Assembly (NCBI GenBank): GCA_902792555.1
Contig: CADAZW010000002.1
Coordinates: 7,480 to 71,479 of the forward strand
Origin: an uncultured Bacteroidales bacterium
GTDB taxonomy: Bacteria > Bacteroidota > Bacteroidia > Bacteroidales > Bacteroidaceae
Reading direction: 5' to 3'
DNA: 64,000 bases
The notes under the pieces are model-generated. The model saw only the letters and a program-made list of their open reading frames with translations. It was not told the DNA's origin and did no database searches. The first letter of the stretch is position 1. The number at the start of each line of letters is the position of its first letter. Positions 18,901 to 27,150 of this stretch are shown here, in pieces. The position numbers and the translations under genes are program-made.

Positions 18901-18922
18901 GTTGTTATGAGGGTGAGGAGTG

Positions 18923-19435
18923 CTATTCGTCACTAAACAAGGCACTTATGCCGTAATAAATAAATCCAACACAAAATAACAGCATCCCCCATTGTATTAT
19001 AGGAGAATCAAAATATTTTGTGTTTTTGACTACTCCATAGAATTTCTTGTCAATTCGAATGACTAACACGTCTTTTGTGGCGATAAAGCTCTGTGAATCT
19101 GTCGTTGCTATGGCAGAAGGGGCCTCTTTTTCTACCAAGTGTATAAGGAAACGCTGCTCATCAGTCAGTTCCTTACCCCAAACGACATTCCAACTGCCAA
19201 ACTTAAAAAGGAGAAAAGCAATAACAAAGCAAATAATGGCTACTATTATACGTGAAATAAATCCAGAGCTGCTGTGAGATGTTAAATTATTTTCATTGAC
19301 ATCTTCATCAGTCTGTTCGTTAGCTATGTTAACATTTTGTTCTTCATCAAGCCATTCGCCACAATGCTTGCACTTCTTGGCTACGGCCAAAATTTCTTCG
19401 CCACAATACGGGCATTTCATAGTTTCTTGTTCCAT
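18923..19435 (-). CDS. zinc-ribbon membrane protein of unknown function
   Basis: N-terminal CPYCGEEI...CKHCGEW zinc ribbon, an acidic linker and two TM helices (IIVAIICFVIAFLLF; MLLFCVGFIYYGISALF). The DNA is AT-rich. Confidence 0.75.
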   Translation of the reverse strand: MEQETMKCPYCGEEILAVAKKCKHCGEWLDEEQNVNIANEQTDEDVNENNLTSHSSSGFISRIIVAIICFVIAFLLFKFGSWNVVWGKELTDEQRFLIHLVEKEAPSAIATTDSQSFIATKDVLVIRIDKKFYGVVKNTKYFDSPIIQWGMLLFCVGFIYYGISALFSDE

Positions 19436-19446
19436 TGTTGTAATAA

Positions 19447-20451
19447 TTAGTCAATACGTGTATAGATGATTTCATTGCCATCTTCATCTTCTGTTATCAT
19501 CTGGTCTCTTGTCAATATTTTGATTTTTTCTTCACTTTGTCTTAATATTAATGTGGGCAGATTCTCTTCAATGCTTTCTTGCAACATCTGTATATAGTAA
19601 CTATCATCACTACGATTGTATCTTGTTGCAGAATTAACGAATACCATATTGAACTTTTCGCCTGTTTGATTGAGATTGAGTCCTTCTTGTTCCCAAGTTC
19701 CACGGTAGAAAGTGTTATATGACAGAGTAATGACATTACTATAGTCATAATCTTCAACATCGAAAATGAGGATAAAAGATCCATTCCATATTACCGTACC
19801 ATCTTCCTTAAACTCGTAAATATCGTTTTCCTTAACAGTACATTTTGTTATAATGTCGTCATCTCCATAGTCCGTGTCTTCGGATGTTCCTTCGATTTTC
19901 CATTTCCCGACTACTTTAGGCGCATCTGTATTTTCCTCGTCTTGCTGAATTTCATGAGAGGCAATACGGGCAACTTTTCCCACATAACGCGCATTCTTAG
20001 CTAAGAATAAGAGTGCTGCAACAGCTATGATTCCCATACACTTCAAGATGTTTTTCCATGGTAGTTTTTTCTTTTGCTTTGTTTTATCTGCATCAATAGA
20101 AGATTCTTCGTGAGATTGGAGAAAATTCATTATGGTTTCCCAATCTTCATCTTTCAACATACCTGGAATTTCTTTAAAATGCAATTTCTTTTCGCCACTT
20201 TTTACATAAATCTCCATTCTGTCGTATTTGTCTTTCTGATACCTAAATGAACACTCTTCAATGGGAGCAGTCAATTCATTACCATTCATAACAGAGATAT
20301 ACAAAATCCCATCTTCATACTTGAACTCCTTTAGTAACCAAGATTTGGGGTTCACCCAGTAAACTTGCAATAATTTGTTTAAAAAACTGGGTTCATGTGT
20401 GATGAAATGTAAACGTGAAGTTGTTTTCTCTTCATGTTGTGTTTGTTCCAT
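19447..20451 (-). CDS. single-pass membrane protein of unknown function (N-terminal cytoplasmic beta-rich domain, C-terminal lipocalin-like domain)
   Basis: 334-aa ORF with one TM helix (CMGIIAVAALLFLA) near residue 145. The C-terminal VVGKWKIEG... resembles lipocalin-like domains. A 12-nt gap to the next gene suggests an operon. Confidence 0.75.
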   Translation of the reverse strand: MEQTQHEEKTTSRLHFITHEPSFLNKLLQVYWVNPKSWLLKEFKYEDGILYISVMNGNELTAPIEECSFRYQKDKYDRMEIYVKSGEKKLHFKEIPGMLKDEDWETIMNFLQSHEESSIDADKTKQKKKLPWKNILKCMGIIAVAALLFLAKNARYVGKVARIASHEIQQDEENTDAPKVVGKWKIEGTSEDTDYGDDDIITKCTVKENDIYEFKEDGTVIWNGSFILIFDVEDYDYSNVITLSYNTFYRGTWEQEGLNLNQTGEKFNMVFVNSATRYNRSDDSYYIQMLQESIEENLPTLILRQSEEKIKILTRDQMITEDEDGNEIIYTRID

Positions 20452-20768
20452 TACTACAACTATTAAACGTTAATATATTTGTTAATCTATTTTCTTGAAT
20501 CTGAATACCTACTAAGATATCCTTCAGTGTTCACAAGGGCCATTTGACACAAAAGAAGCGTGGTGCTGATATACCACGTCTTCGAATGGAGGCTGTGAGA
20601 AGTGCCCTAAGATGTAGATGTAGTAATCAGTCCACGCTATACGCGCGAACCGTTCATACTGTCCTTGCATCTTATAGAAGTTTCTCACATTTCCATTCGC
20701 AAGTCGAGCATAACGCTTCGTTGTTCAAAAAGTTTCGTAAAAGAGGCTGGTAGGCCTCAAATACGGTG

Positions 20769-20776
20769 CAAATATA
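20769..20776 (-). promoter_or_regulatory. candidate Bacteroidota -7 promoter box (TATATTTG on the minus strand)
   Basis: CAAATATA on the plus strand is TAnnTTTG on the minus strand, about 320 nt upstream of the islet operon start. Confidence 0.3.
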
Positions 20777-20817
20777 GTATTTTTATTTGAAAAGCCAGTA
20801 AGACGGTTTGAACTTTT

Positions 20818-20857
20818 TATAAAAAAAGCAATCGGCGAGCAGTAATGCCCGCCGATT
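20818..20857 (-). terminator. rho-independent terminator of nifJ
   Basis: The minus strand reads AATCGGCGGGCATTACTGCTCGCCGATT followed by GCTTTTTTT. It starts 27 nt after the nifJ stop codon. Confidence 0.75.
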
Positions 20858-20883
20858 TGTTGTTGTTATTAGAAGGAGGATTT

Positions 20884-23800
20884 TTACTCCTCCCAGTTCT
20901 CTTGGGTTTTGCGTACGTAGGTCTTGTAGCGGAGCTGGGCCATCTTTTGTGCCTCGCTGAAGAGTTCTTCGGCCTCGTCGGGATAGGCTTTCTTTACGCT
21001 GAGGTAGCGTACTTCGCCCATAAGGAAGTCGTGGAAGTTCTCCCAGTTGGGCTCCTTGGAGTCAAGGCTGAAGGGGTTCTTGCCTTCCTCGGCCAGAGCG
21101 GGGTTATAGCGCCAGAGGTGCCAGTAGCCGCACTCTACGGCCTTCTTCTCCTCTGCCTGGCTCTTGCCCATGCCGCCCTTGGCCTTGAGGCCGTGGTTGA
21201 TGCACGGTGCGTAGGCTATGACGAGTGAGGGCCCGTGCCATGCCTCTGCCTCGCGGATGGCCTTGAGGCACTGGGCGTGGTCGGCGCCCATGGCTATCTG
21301 GGCTACATAGACGTAGCCGTAGGTGGTGGCTATCATGCCGAGGTCTTTCTTGCGGATGCGCTTGCCCTGTGCGGCGAACTGTGCGATGGCGCCGAGGGGC
21401 GTGGCCTTGGAGGCCTGGCCGCCGGTGTTGGAATATACCTCGGTGTCGAGTACGAGGATGTTGACGTCCTCGCCTGAGGCGATGACGTGGTCGAGGCCGC
21501 CGTAGCCGATGTCATAGGAGGCGCCGTCGCCGCCGATGATCCACTGTGAGCGCTTGGCCAGATGGGCCTTGCCCTCGAGCAGCTGGCTCTCGAGCGCGCA
21601 GCCGCGGCATGGGCAGATGGGGCTGCCTGCTGCCTTGGCGTCCTTGGCTTCCTGCAGCTTTTGGGCTGCCACCTCGGCGCCGTAGAGCTCGATGCCCTTG
21701 CTCTGCCAGAACTCGATGGCTCCGTCGATGGGCAGTATGGCTTTCTCCAGCGCTGCCACAAACTCGTCGGTTGCCTGGCGGTTGGCGGCTGAGTCGTTAT
21801 AGGTGTCGAGCCACTTCTGGGTGGCTTCGCGCATCCAGTCGAAGGCGGTGGTCTTTACCAGCTCCTCTGCCTTCTCGCGCAGGATGCCGCGCATCTTCTT
21901 ATGACCCAGGTGCATGCCGAGTCCGAACTCGCAGAAGTCCTCGAAGAGGGAGTTGTTGAAGCACGGTCCCTGGCCCTTTTCATTGGTGGTGTAGGGCGTG
22001 GAGGGGATGGATGCTGAGTAGATGCTGGAGCATCCTGTGGCGTTGGCTACCATCTGGCGGTCGCCGAAGAGCTGCGAGATGAGCTTGACATAGGGTGTCT
22101 CGCCGCAGCCGGAGCATGCTCCTGAGAACTCAAAGAGGGGCTTGGCGAACTGTGAGTTCTTGACATTGCTGCTGACGTCGACGAGGTTCTGCTTGGAGGG
22201 CACCTTGACGAGCTTGTCCCAGTCGGCGGCCATCTTCTGCATCTCGGGTGCGTCGGGGTTGAAGGGCACCATGGTGAGTGCCTTGCCGAGCTTGGGATTG
22301 CCCGGGCATATGTCGGCGCAGTTGCCGCAGCCGAGGCAGTCGAGCACTGAGGGCTCGATGACGAAGTGCATGCCCTTCATGGCTGCCGGGGCGCGCATCT
22401 CGATGGTGTCGAGGCCGGGGAAGGCGGTGAGCTCATCGTCGGTGAGCACGAAGGGTCGGATGGCTGCGTGGGGGCAGATGTAGGCGCACTGGTTGCACTG
22501 GATACAGTTTTCCTTGTTCCATGCGGGCACGAAGGCCTCTACGCCTCGCTTCTCATAGGCGGCGGTGCCCACCTGCCATGAGCCGTCGATGGTGGCGTGC
22601 TTGGCAAAGGCGCTTACGGGCAGCAGGTCGCCGGCCTGGGCGTTGATGGGACGCACGAGCTCCTTGACGAATGCGGGGGCGTCGTCGGCCTTGGGGGCGT
22701 CATCGGGCAGGTTGGCCCACTCGGGCTTGACATTGAGCTGCTTATATTCGCCACCGCGGTCGATGGCGGCATAGTTCTTGTCAACGACGTCCTGACCCTT
22801 GGCGCCGTAGGACTTAAGGGCTGCGGCCTTCATCTTCTCAACGGCCAGCTCAACGGGGATCACCTCGGTGATGCGGAAGAAGGCTGACTGGAGGATGGTG
22901 TTGGTGCGGTTGCCCAGGCCAATCTCCTGTGCTATCTTGGTGGCGTTGATGGTATAGACGGTGATGTTGTTCTGCGCGAAGTAGCGCTTAACCTTGGCGG
23001 GCATGAACTTCTCGAGCTCGGCATCGTCGAAGATGGTGTTGAGCAGGAAGGTGCCGTTCTTCTGCAGGCCGCGGGTTACGTCATACATATGGAGGTATGC
23101 CTGCACGTGGCATGCCACGAAGTTGGGCGTGGTGACCAGATAGGTGGAGCGGATGGGGGTGTCGCCGAAGCGGAGGTGGGAGCAGGTGAAGCCTCCTGAC
23201 TTCTTGGAGTCGTAGGAGAAGTAGGCCTGGCAGTACTTGTCGGTATTGTCGCCGATAATCTTCACGCTGTTCTTGTTGGCACCCACGGTGCCGTCGGCGC
23301 CGAGGCCGTAGAACTTGGCCTGGAACATGCCTTCGCCGCCCAGTGCTATCTCCTCCACTGCGGGCAGGGAGGTGAAGGTCACGTCGTCAACGATGCCCAC
23401 GGTGAAGTGGTTCTTGGGCTCGGGCATGGCGAGGTTGTTGAATACGCTGATAATCTGGGCGGGGGTGGTGTCGTGAGAGCCGAGGCCGTAGCGGCCGCCT
23501 ACGATGATGGGGCGGTCCTTAACCTCAAAGAAGGCGTCCTTGACATCGAGGTACAGGGGCTCGCCGTTGGCGCCGGGCTCCTTGGTGCGGTCGAGCACGG
23601 CAATGCGCTTGACGCTCTTGGGCACTGCCTGGAGCAGGTGCTTGACGGAGAAGGGGCGATAGAGATGGACGCTGATCATGCCTACCTTCTGGCCTTGGGC
23701 GTTGAGATAGTCGATGGCCTCGCGGGCTGCATCGGTGGCGCTGCCCATGAGGATAATCATGCGGTCGGCGTCGGGGGCTCCGTAGTAGGAGAAGAGGTGA

Positions 23801-24579
23801 TACTTGCGGCCGGTGATGTTGGAGAGCTCGCCCAGGTATTTCTCAACTACCTCGGGTACTGCATCGTAGTAGGGGTTGCAGGCCTCGCGGTGGGTGAAGA
23901 ATGTCTCGGGATTCTCGGCGGTGCCACGGGTGACGGGGCGCTCGGGCGACATGGCACGGTCGCGGAAGCGCTTGATATACTCTTCCCTGACGAGGGGACG
24001 GATGTCCTCCTGGTCGAGGAGCTCAATCTTGTGATATTCATGGGAGGTGCGGAAGCCGTCGAAGAAGTTGACGAACGGCACGCAGGTCTCCAGTGAGGCG
24101 AGGTGGGCGGCGGCGGTCATGTCCATAACCTCTTGCACGGAGCCCTCGCAGAGCATGGCGAAGCCGGTCTGGCGGCATGCCATCACATCCTGATGGTCGC
24201 CGAAGATGCAAAGCGAGTGGCTGGCCAGGGTGCGGGCGCTGACATCAAAGACGCAGGGTATCAGCTCGCCGGCTATCTTGTACATATTGGGTATCATCAG
24301 CAGTAGGCCTTGGGAGGCGGTGAAGGTGGTGGTTAGCGCACCGGCCTGCAGCGCACCGTGAACGGCACCGGCAGCACCGGCCTCTGACTGCATTTCCTGC
24401 ACGCTTACTGTCTGGCCCCACAGGTTCTTGCGGCCGCGGGCAGCCCATTCGTCTACATGCTCCGCCATGGGCGAAGAGGGGGTGATGGGGTAGATAGCTG
24501 CTACCTCGGAGAACATATAGCTAACGTGAGCCGCAGCCTCGTTGCCATCACAGGTGATGAATTTCTTTTCCTTTGTCAT
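20884..24579 (-). CDS. nifJ: pyruvate:ferredoxin (flavodoxin) oxidoreductase
   Basis: 1231 aa. N-terminus DGNEAAAHVSYMFSEVAAIYPITPSSPMAE, two 4Fe-4S motifs (CIQCNQCAYICPHAAIRP; CLGCGNCADICP) and a TPP motif GGDGASYDIGYGGLDHV. Confidence 0.97.
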   Translation of the reverse strand: MTKEKKFITCDGNEAAAHVSYMFSEVAAIYPITPSSPMAEHVDEWAARGRKNLWGQTVSVQEMQSEAGAAGAVHGALQAGALTTTFTASQGLLLMIPNMYKIAGELIPCVFDVSARTLASHSLCIFGDHQDVMACRQTGFAMLCEGSVQEVMDMTAAAHLASLETCVPFVNFFDGFRTSHEYHKIELLDQEDIRPLVREEYIKRFRDRAMSPERPVTRGTAENPETFFTHREACNPYYDAVPEVVEKYLGELSNITGRKYHLFSYYGAPDADRMIILMGSATDAAREAIDYLNAQGQKVGMISVHLYRPFSVKHLLQAVPKSVKRIAVLDRTKEPGANGEPLYLDVKDAFFEVKDRPIIVGGRYGLGSHDTTPAQIISVFNNLAMPEPKNHFTVGIVDDVTFTSLPAVEEIALGGEGMFQAKFYGLGADGTVGANKNSVKIIGDNTDKYCQAYFSYDSKKSGGFTCSHLRFGDTPIRSTYLVTTPNFVACHVQAYLHMYDVTRGLQKNGTFLLNTIFDDAELEKFMPAKVKRYFAQNNITVYTINATKIAQEIGLGNRTNTILQSAFFRITEVIPVELAVEKMKAAALKSYGAKGQDVVDKNYAAIDRGGEYKQLNVKPEWANLPDDAPKADDAPAFVKELVRPINAQAGDLLPVSAFAKHATIDGSWQVGTAAYEKRGVEAFVPAWNKENCIQCNQCAYICPHAAIRPFVLTDDELTAFPGLDTIEMRAPAAMKGMHFVIEPSVLDCLGCGNCADICPGNPKLGKALTMVPFNPDAPEMQKMAADWDKLVKVPSKQNLVDVSSNVKNSQFAKPLFEFSGACSGCGETPYVKLISQLFGDRQMVANATGCSSIYSASIPSTPYTTNEKGQGPCFNNSLFEDFCEFGLGMHLGHKKMRGILREKAEELVKTTAFDWMREATQKWLDTYNDSAANRQATDEFVAALEKAILPIDGAIEFWQSKGIELYGAEVAAQKLQEAKDAKAAGSPICPCRGCALESQLLEGKAHLAKRSQWIIGGDGASYDIGYGGLDHVIASGEDVNILVLDTEVYSNTGGQASKATPLGAIAQFAAQGKRIRKKDLGMIATTYGYVYVAQIAMGADHAQCLKAIREAEAWHGPSLVIAYAPCINHGLKAKGGMGKSQAEEKKAVECGYWHLWRYNPALAEEGKNPFSLDSKEPNWENFHDFLMGEVRYLSVKKAYPDEAEELFSEAQKMAQLRYKTYVRKTQENWEE

Positions 24580-24683
24580 ATTTGTATAGTTGTGTTAAGT
24601 GTTTGCCGTTAGAGACTTCCCCTGGGGAGTACCCTGGCGTGAGGGGGGTAAGTCTTCTCCCTTAGCGGGATAAGAGAGGGTTT

Positions 24684-25868
24684 TTAATACAGGAATCCGA
24701 AGAGCCAGATGGGTATGTCGCCATCGCGGGAGACCTCGGTATTGTAGCGCGTGTAATAGACGTTTTTGTCCTTGATGCGCTTCTTGGCATTCTTGTCGCA
24801 GACGTATATTTGCTTGTTGCCGTCAATGATGAAGAGTCCGGGCTTGCGAGTCTCCACCTTGTGGTGACGCCAGATGCTGTTGGTGAAGAAGGTCTCCATC
24901 ACTTCCTGGTCGGAGGGTGCGCCGCTCAGTATGGCGTAGAGCAGGTTGGTGTTGTGGGTGAGCACCCTTGCAGGCTTCCTGGGGCCCTCGGCATTGCTGG
25001 GCTTGTATATCTGGTGGATGAGGCGTGCCTCCTCCAGGTTGTTCATGTAGTTCATCACGGTGGCGCGAGACGTGTTGATCTCCTTGGCCAGGTTGCTGAC
25101 GTTGGGCGACTCGCTGCCTCCCAGCACGAGGAGGTATAGCAGCTTCTTGAGGCGACTGACGTATTTCACGTCAATCTGCTTGGTGAAGAGCACGTCCACC
25201 TCAATCATGGCGTTGATGGACTTGAGCAGGTTTTCAGTGAAATTGTGTTTCTCGATGTAGAAGGGGTAATAGCCGTGATGCAGATAGCTCTGCAGGAAAA
25301 TCCAGGGCCTCACCTTCATGAGGATGCTTTTCTGCACCTCCTCGGTGTGGTCGAGGATATCGTCAAGGGTTACGCGCTGGATGTCAAAGCCTGCCTGCAT
25401 GTTGATATACTCGCGGAAGGAGAATCCGTGGAGTACATAGAAGTGAGCAAGCTTGGAGAGCTCGTCATTCTCCGTGCCGGGCTCCTCCAGGGTGGTGGTG
25501 GCAAAGATGATTTGCAGCAAAGGCAGTGTGTGGTAGCATTCGCACAGTTCCTCGCGCCATCCGCTTTGCTTAAACAGCTGGTCAACGATGAGCACCCTGC
25601 CGCCGCGTCTTACAAACTCCTGGGCAAAGTCCACCAAGCCACGGCCGCGGAAGTAGAAGCTGTTCATGTTGATGTACAGGCATCGGCCTACCGACAGGCT
25701 GTAGTTCTTCTTGGCATACTGCAGCAAGAAAGTGGTCTTGCCCACTCCGCGTGGGCCCTTGATGCCGATTAGGCGATATTTCCAGTCAATATCGTTCATC
25801 AGCGGACGCGTCATCGACAGATCGGTGTGATCCAGCAAGTAGGTGTGGCGTTGAAAAAAGCTTTCCAT
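24684..25868 (-). CDS. AAA-family ATP-binding protein (AAA_14 plus DUF4143 architecture)
   Basis: Walker A GPRGVGKTT. Length and C-terminal region are typical of the widespread DUF4143 ATPases. Confidence 0.8.
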   Translation of the reverse strand: MESFFQRHTYLLDHTDLSMTRPLMNDIDWKYRLIGIKGPRGVGKTTFLLQYAKKNYSLSVGRCLYINMNSFYFRGRGLVDFAQEFVRRGGRVLIVDQLFKQSGWREELCECYHTLPLLQIIFATTTLEEPGTENDELSKLAHFYVLHGFSFREYINMQAGFDIQRVTLDDILDHTEEVQKSILMKVRPWIFLQSYLHHGYYPFYIEKHNFTENLLKSINAMIEVDVLFTKQIDVKYVSRLKKLLYLLVLGGSESPNVSNLAKEINTSRATVMNYMNNLEEARLIHQIYKPSNAEGPRKPARVLTHNTNLLYAILSGAPSDQEVMETFFTNSIWRHHKVETRKPGLFIIDGNKQIYVCDKNAKKRIKDKNVYYTRYNTEVSRDGDIPIWLFGFLY

Positions 25869-25893
25869 ATCGGCTACTTTTAGGTTTTATGCG

Positions 25894-25901
25894 CAAATAT
25901 A
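25894..25901 (-). promoter_or_regulatory. candidate -7 promoter box (TATATTTG on the minus strand) for the AAA ATPase gene
   Basis: CAAATATA lies 26-33 nt upstream of the ATG at 25868. Confidence 0.4.
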
Positions 25902-25933
25902 GTGAGTTTTTCTGAATTTTATAGAGTAGCTAT

Positions 25934-27142
25934 ATGAAAAATGCGCAAAAAAAGCCTAATTTTGTCGTCGTGGATAGACATTTCCTAAATTTTTCGCATG
26001 ATATGGCCATGGGGCGCAATGTTGCCAACTATACTCCGCCCCCTAATGTGCAGATGATGGAGCGCGACCTTGCCCCGCTGGCTGACCTGCTTCCCGAGGC
26101 TGATATTTCTTACAGTGAAGACGCCCCGGTGTGGGGTTGGGACCTCAGCTATGTCAACCGCATGCGAGTCGCAGGATACAGCAATCTGCCTACCGCTGCG
26201 CAGCTTGCCGACATACGCCGCCTGGCGTCGCGCCTCACTGCCGTGGAGATGCTGCCCGCCATCCGCCGTCGCCTGCCGCAGGAACTTACCGCAGGCGAGA
26301 GCTGCTTTGTCTCGGAGAAATCGGCAGGAGTCTTCGAGAGCGAAGTGGCAATGCCTCAGGCATCGCGAGGAGGCTCTTTCGCTGTCGGCGAAGCCGGAGC
26401 AGATATTGTAGGCAAATTCGTGAGAGGAGTGGAAATGGCCAACTATAAATGGGCAATTCTAAAAGCCCCCTATTCCGGCAGTGGTCGTGGCCTGCGCATG
26501 GCGGAGAGCAGTCAGCTAACGGCGCCGGGCACCATGCCTATCAGCCTGAGACATTGGTTGATGCGCTGCCTGCGCGAGCAGGGCGGGGTGGTGATAGAGC
26601 CTTATTATAATAAGGTGGCAGATTTCGCCCTTGAGTTTAAGGTTACTCCTTCGGAGGTGGAGTATTTGGGCTTGTCTGTGTTTGAGACTAATGCCAACAA
26701 TGTCTATTCCTTTAATTTTATTGCTTCACAGCCGGCCTTATGGCAAAAGGTGAAGCGCCTGGTGCCCTCCCTGGACAGCGGGAAGCTGATAGACGCGGTG
26801 CGCGAGGAACTCCACGACCGCTTCGTGGGTCACTACCTCGGTCCTGTGGGCGTGGACATGATGGTGATAGACGACTCTCGCATTCCTCTGCTTCATCCCT
26901 GCGTGGAGGTCAATGTCAGACGCACCATGGGAGAGCTGTTGCTCCATCTCCTGCCACTGCTGGCCGAGGGTGTGGAGGGGCGTTTCCGCCTGCTGTATAA
27001 TAAGGAAAATGCCGGTCTGCGCAGGGAGATTTCGGCCATGCCGTCGGCTCGCTATGACGAGCGGGGCTGCCTGGTCAGTGGCACGCATCTGCTTACTCCC
27101 GTCAATGCCGACACGCGCTATGTCGCTATGATTGAGGCATAA
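25934..27142 (+). CDS. conserved hypothetical protein (possibly ATP-grasp-like)
   Basis: 402-aa ORF with coding-like composition. The motif ILKAPYSGSGRGL resembles ATP-grasp-type hypothetical proteins of Bacteroidota, but this function is not established. Confidence 0.65.
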   Translation: MKNAQKKPNFVVVDRHFLNFSHDMAMGRNVANYTPPPNVQMMERDLAPLADLLPEADISYSEDAPVWGWDLSYVNRMRVAGYSNLPTAAQLADIRRLASRLTAVEMLPAIRRRLPQELTAGESCFVSEKSAGVFESEVAMPQASRGGSFAVGEAGADIVGKFVRGVEMANYKWAILKAPYSGSGRGLRMAESSQLTAPGTMPISLRHWLMRCLREQGGVVIEPYYNKVADFALEFKVTPSEVEYLGLSVFETNANNVYSFNFIASQPALWQKVKRLVPSLDSGKLIDAVREELHDRFVGHYLGPVGVDMMVIDDSRIPLLHPCVEVNVRRTMGELLLHLLPLLAEGVEGRFRLLYNKENAGLRREISAMPSARYDERGCLVSGTHLLTPVNADTRYVAMIEA

Positions 27143-27150
27143 TGTGGCGG

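Noticed and set aside
20544-20753. 69-aa ORF between the islet and the nifJ terminator
   Set aside because: Arg/Ser/Cys-rich, with no promoter box or family resemblance. More likely leader or untranslated DNA of the islet operon.
18901-20830. The islet as a prophage, ICE or transposon remnant
   Set aside because: No integrase, transposase, phage structural or conjugation genes. Only two small membrane-protein genes, so it is described as an orphan islet.
24684-25868. The AAA/DUF4143 ATPase as a defence gene
   Set aside because: It is a stand-alone gene of normal GC with no nuclease, methylase or partner genes. This family is ubiquitous and not diagnostic on its own.
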